Shown here piece after piece: positions 62,966 through 64,000 of a stretch of 64,000 bases of DNA (position 1 is the first letter of the stretch; each line of letters opens with the position of its first letter). The notes under the pieces were generated by a model. The model made no database searches, was not told the DNA's origin, and was given only the letters and a program-made list of their open reading frames with translations. Made by a program: the position numbers and the translations under genes. The stretch comes from Octopus sinensis (Eukaryota), in NCBI RefSeq assembly GCF_006345805.1, contig NC_043009.1, positions 6,696,001 through 6,760,000 of the forward strand. The letters are read 5' to 3'.

Positions 62966-64000
62966 AAACCTTTGTTATATAGTTTACAATTAGAGGTGGA
63001 TTTGGCTGCTAATTCTAGCATGTCAGATGAGCTGGTGGAAATGTCATACATACACCCAACTCCTGTACGGGACTTTATTCATATATATATATATATAATA
63101 TTATATATTTATATATATATATATATATTATATATATATATATATATAATGTATATTGAACTAGTTATATACATAGCATTACGATGTTCTTGTTGTTACT
63201 GGTACTGCTCTTGTTGACCTAAGTTGACATTAATTTAGCAGACCTATGTTTAAAGATAGCGAAACCAATGACTATCTCGTCTTCTTTACATGAATGGTGT
63301 ACACCCGTAGAATTGAATACGTGACGTAAACGTGTTTATATTTTTCAAGATTTAATATTCTATTCATATTATTATGAAATGCATGAATGCTAAATATTCT
63401 AATTTTTGTTTCCATTTGCTAATTGCTAGGTTTCATCTTTCCTTCAAAATGCCAAAAAAACATTACTTTTGCTCGTATATCAGATATCACGTAGAATTCT
63501 AATAAAAAGAAAGAAGCCCAGAGTAACTCAGTCTTGACGTGTGTCTACATCAATCCCTCTTCTTCACAAACGCTTCCCTACGAAACTAAATCAAAGAATG
63601 TTAATTATGTAATTTGAGTTATGACAGCCAGAAAAGTAACAAAAAATTATGCGCAATACGATTTATACAGTTGAACTGTGATTTCGTTTTTAATAGGAAA
63701 TAGGCGCCAATGGTAGGAGATAAAAACCGCTGGTTATGTGACCGTAATACTCAGTCTAGTCTCGTTGGAAGCTCCGTGATCTCTGGACGAGTTAATGGAA
63801 GGATTACTAAAAGCAAAAATCCTGGAAGTACAGCAGAGATTTTTATCAAATATAATGAATATCAAACATTAATTGGTAAACGGATGGCTCCAAAGATCTC
63901 CTCATAAATATGGTAACTGATTTTTGCTTTACTTCTAAGAATCTTCACTTTGATGAGACGCCGTACATGCTACACTGCATGTTACATATAAATATATCTA

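Noticed and set aside
63400-63960. Possible PLE endonuclease C-terminal remnant (PYETK..EC*LCN across a frameshift)
   Set aside because: One weak motif only; needs tBLASTn.

Overview
AT-rich, microsatellite-saturated eukaryotic DNA. The SINE families and repeat landscape look like an octopod cephalopod (inference from recall, not searched). I cannot support any host protein-coding exon; almost every listed ORF is a translation of a simple repeat. The window holds decayed transposons: a full-length mariner (8996-10267), a Penelope-like (PLE) RT pseudogene (16385-17975), a second PLE fragment (~51.3-51.6 kb), an R4/Dong-like RLE LINE 3' end with a (TAA)n tail, a Helitron-type non-autonomous element, a Tc1-type MITE, and many copies of three tRNA-derived SINE families. 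The most notable signal is a dense set of type I hammerhead ribozyme (HHR) motifs folded by eye: about 10 with intact or near-intact cores plus several decayed ones. They sit in short non-coding elements whose 3' tails abut (TA)n or related microsatellites. Several are fold-back elements: three ~400-bp palindromes with ~200-bp arms each carrying an outward-pointing HHR, and two elements with 39- and 79-bp inverted arms around a single HHR. A decayed HHR of the same kind lies inverted at the 5' end of the PLE RT pseudogene, linking the set to Penelope-like pLTR biology. Ribozyme activity, copy number and novelty are untested.
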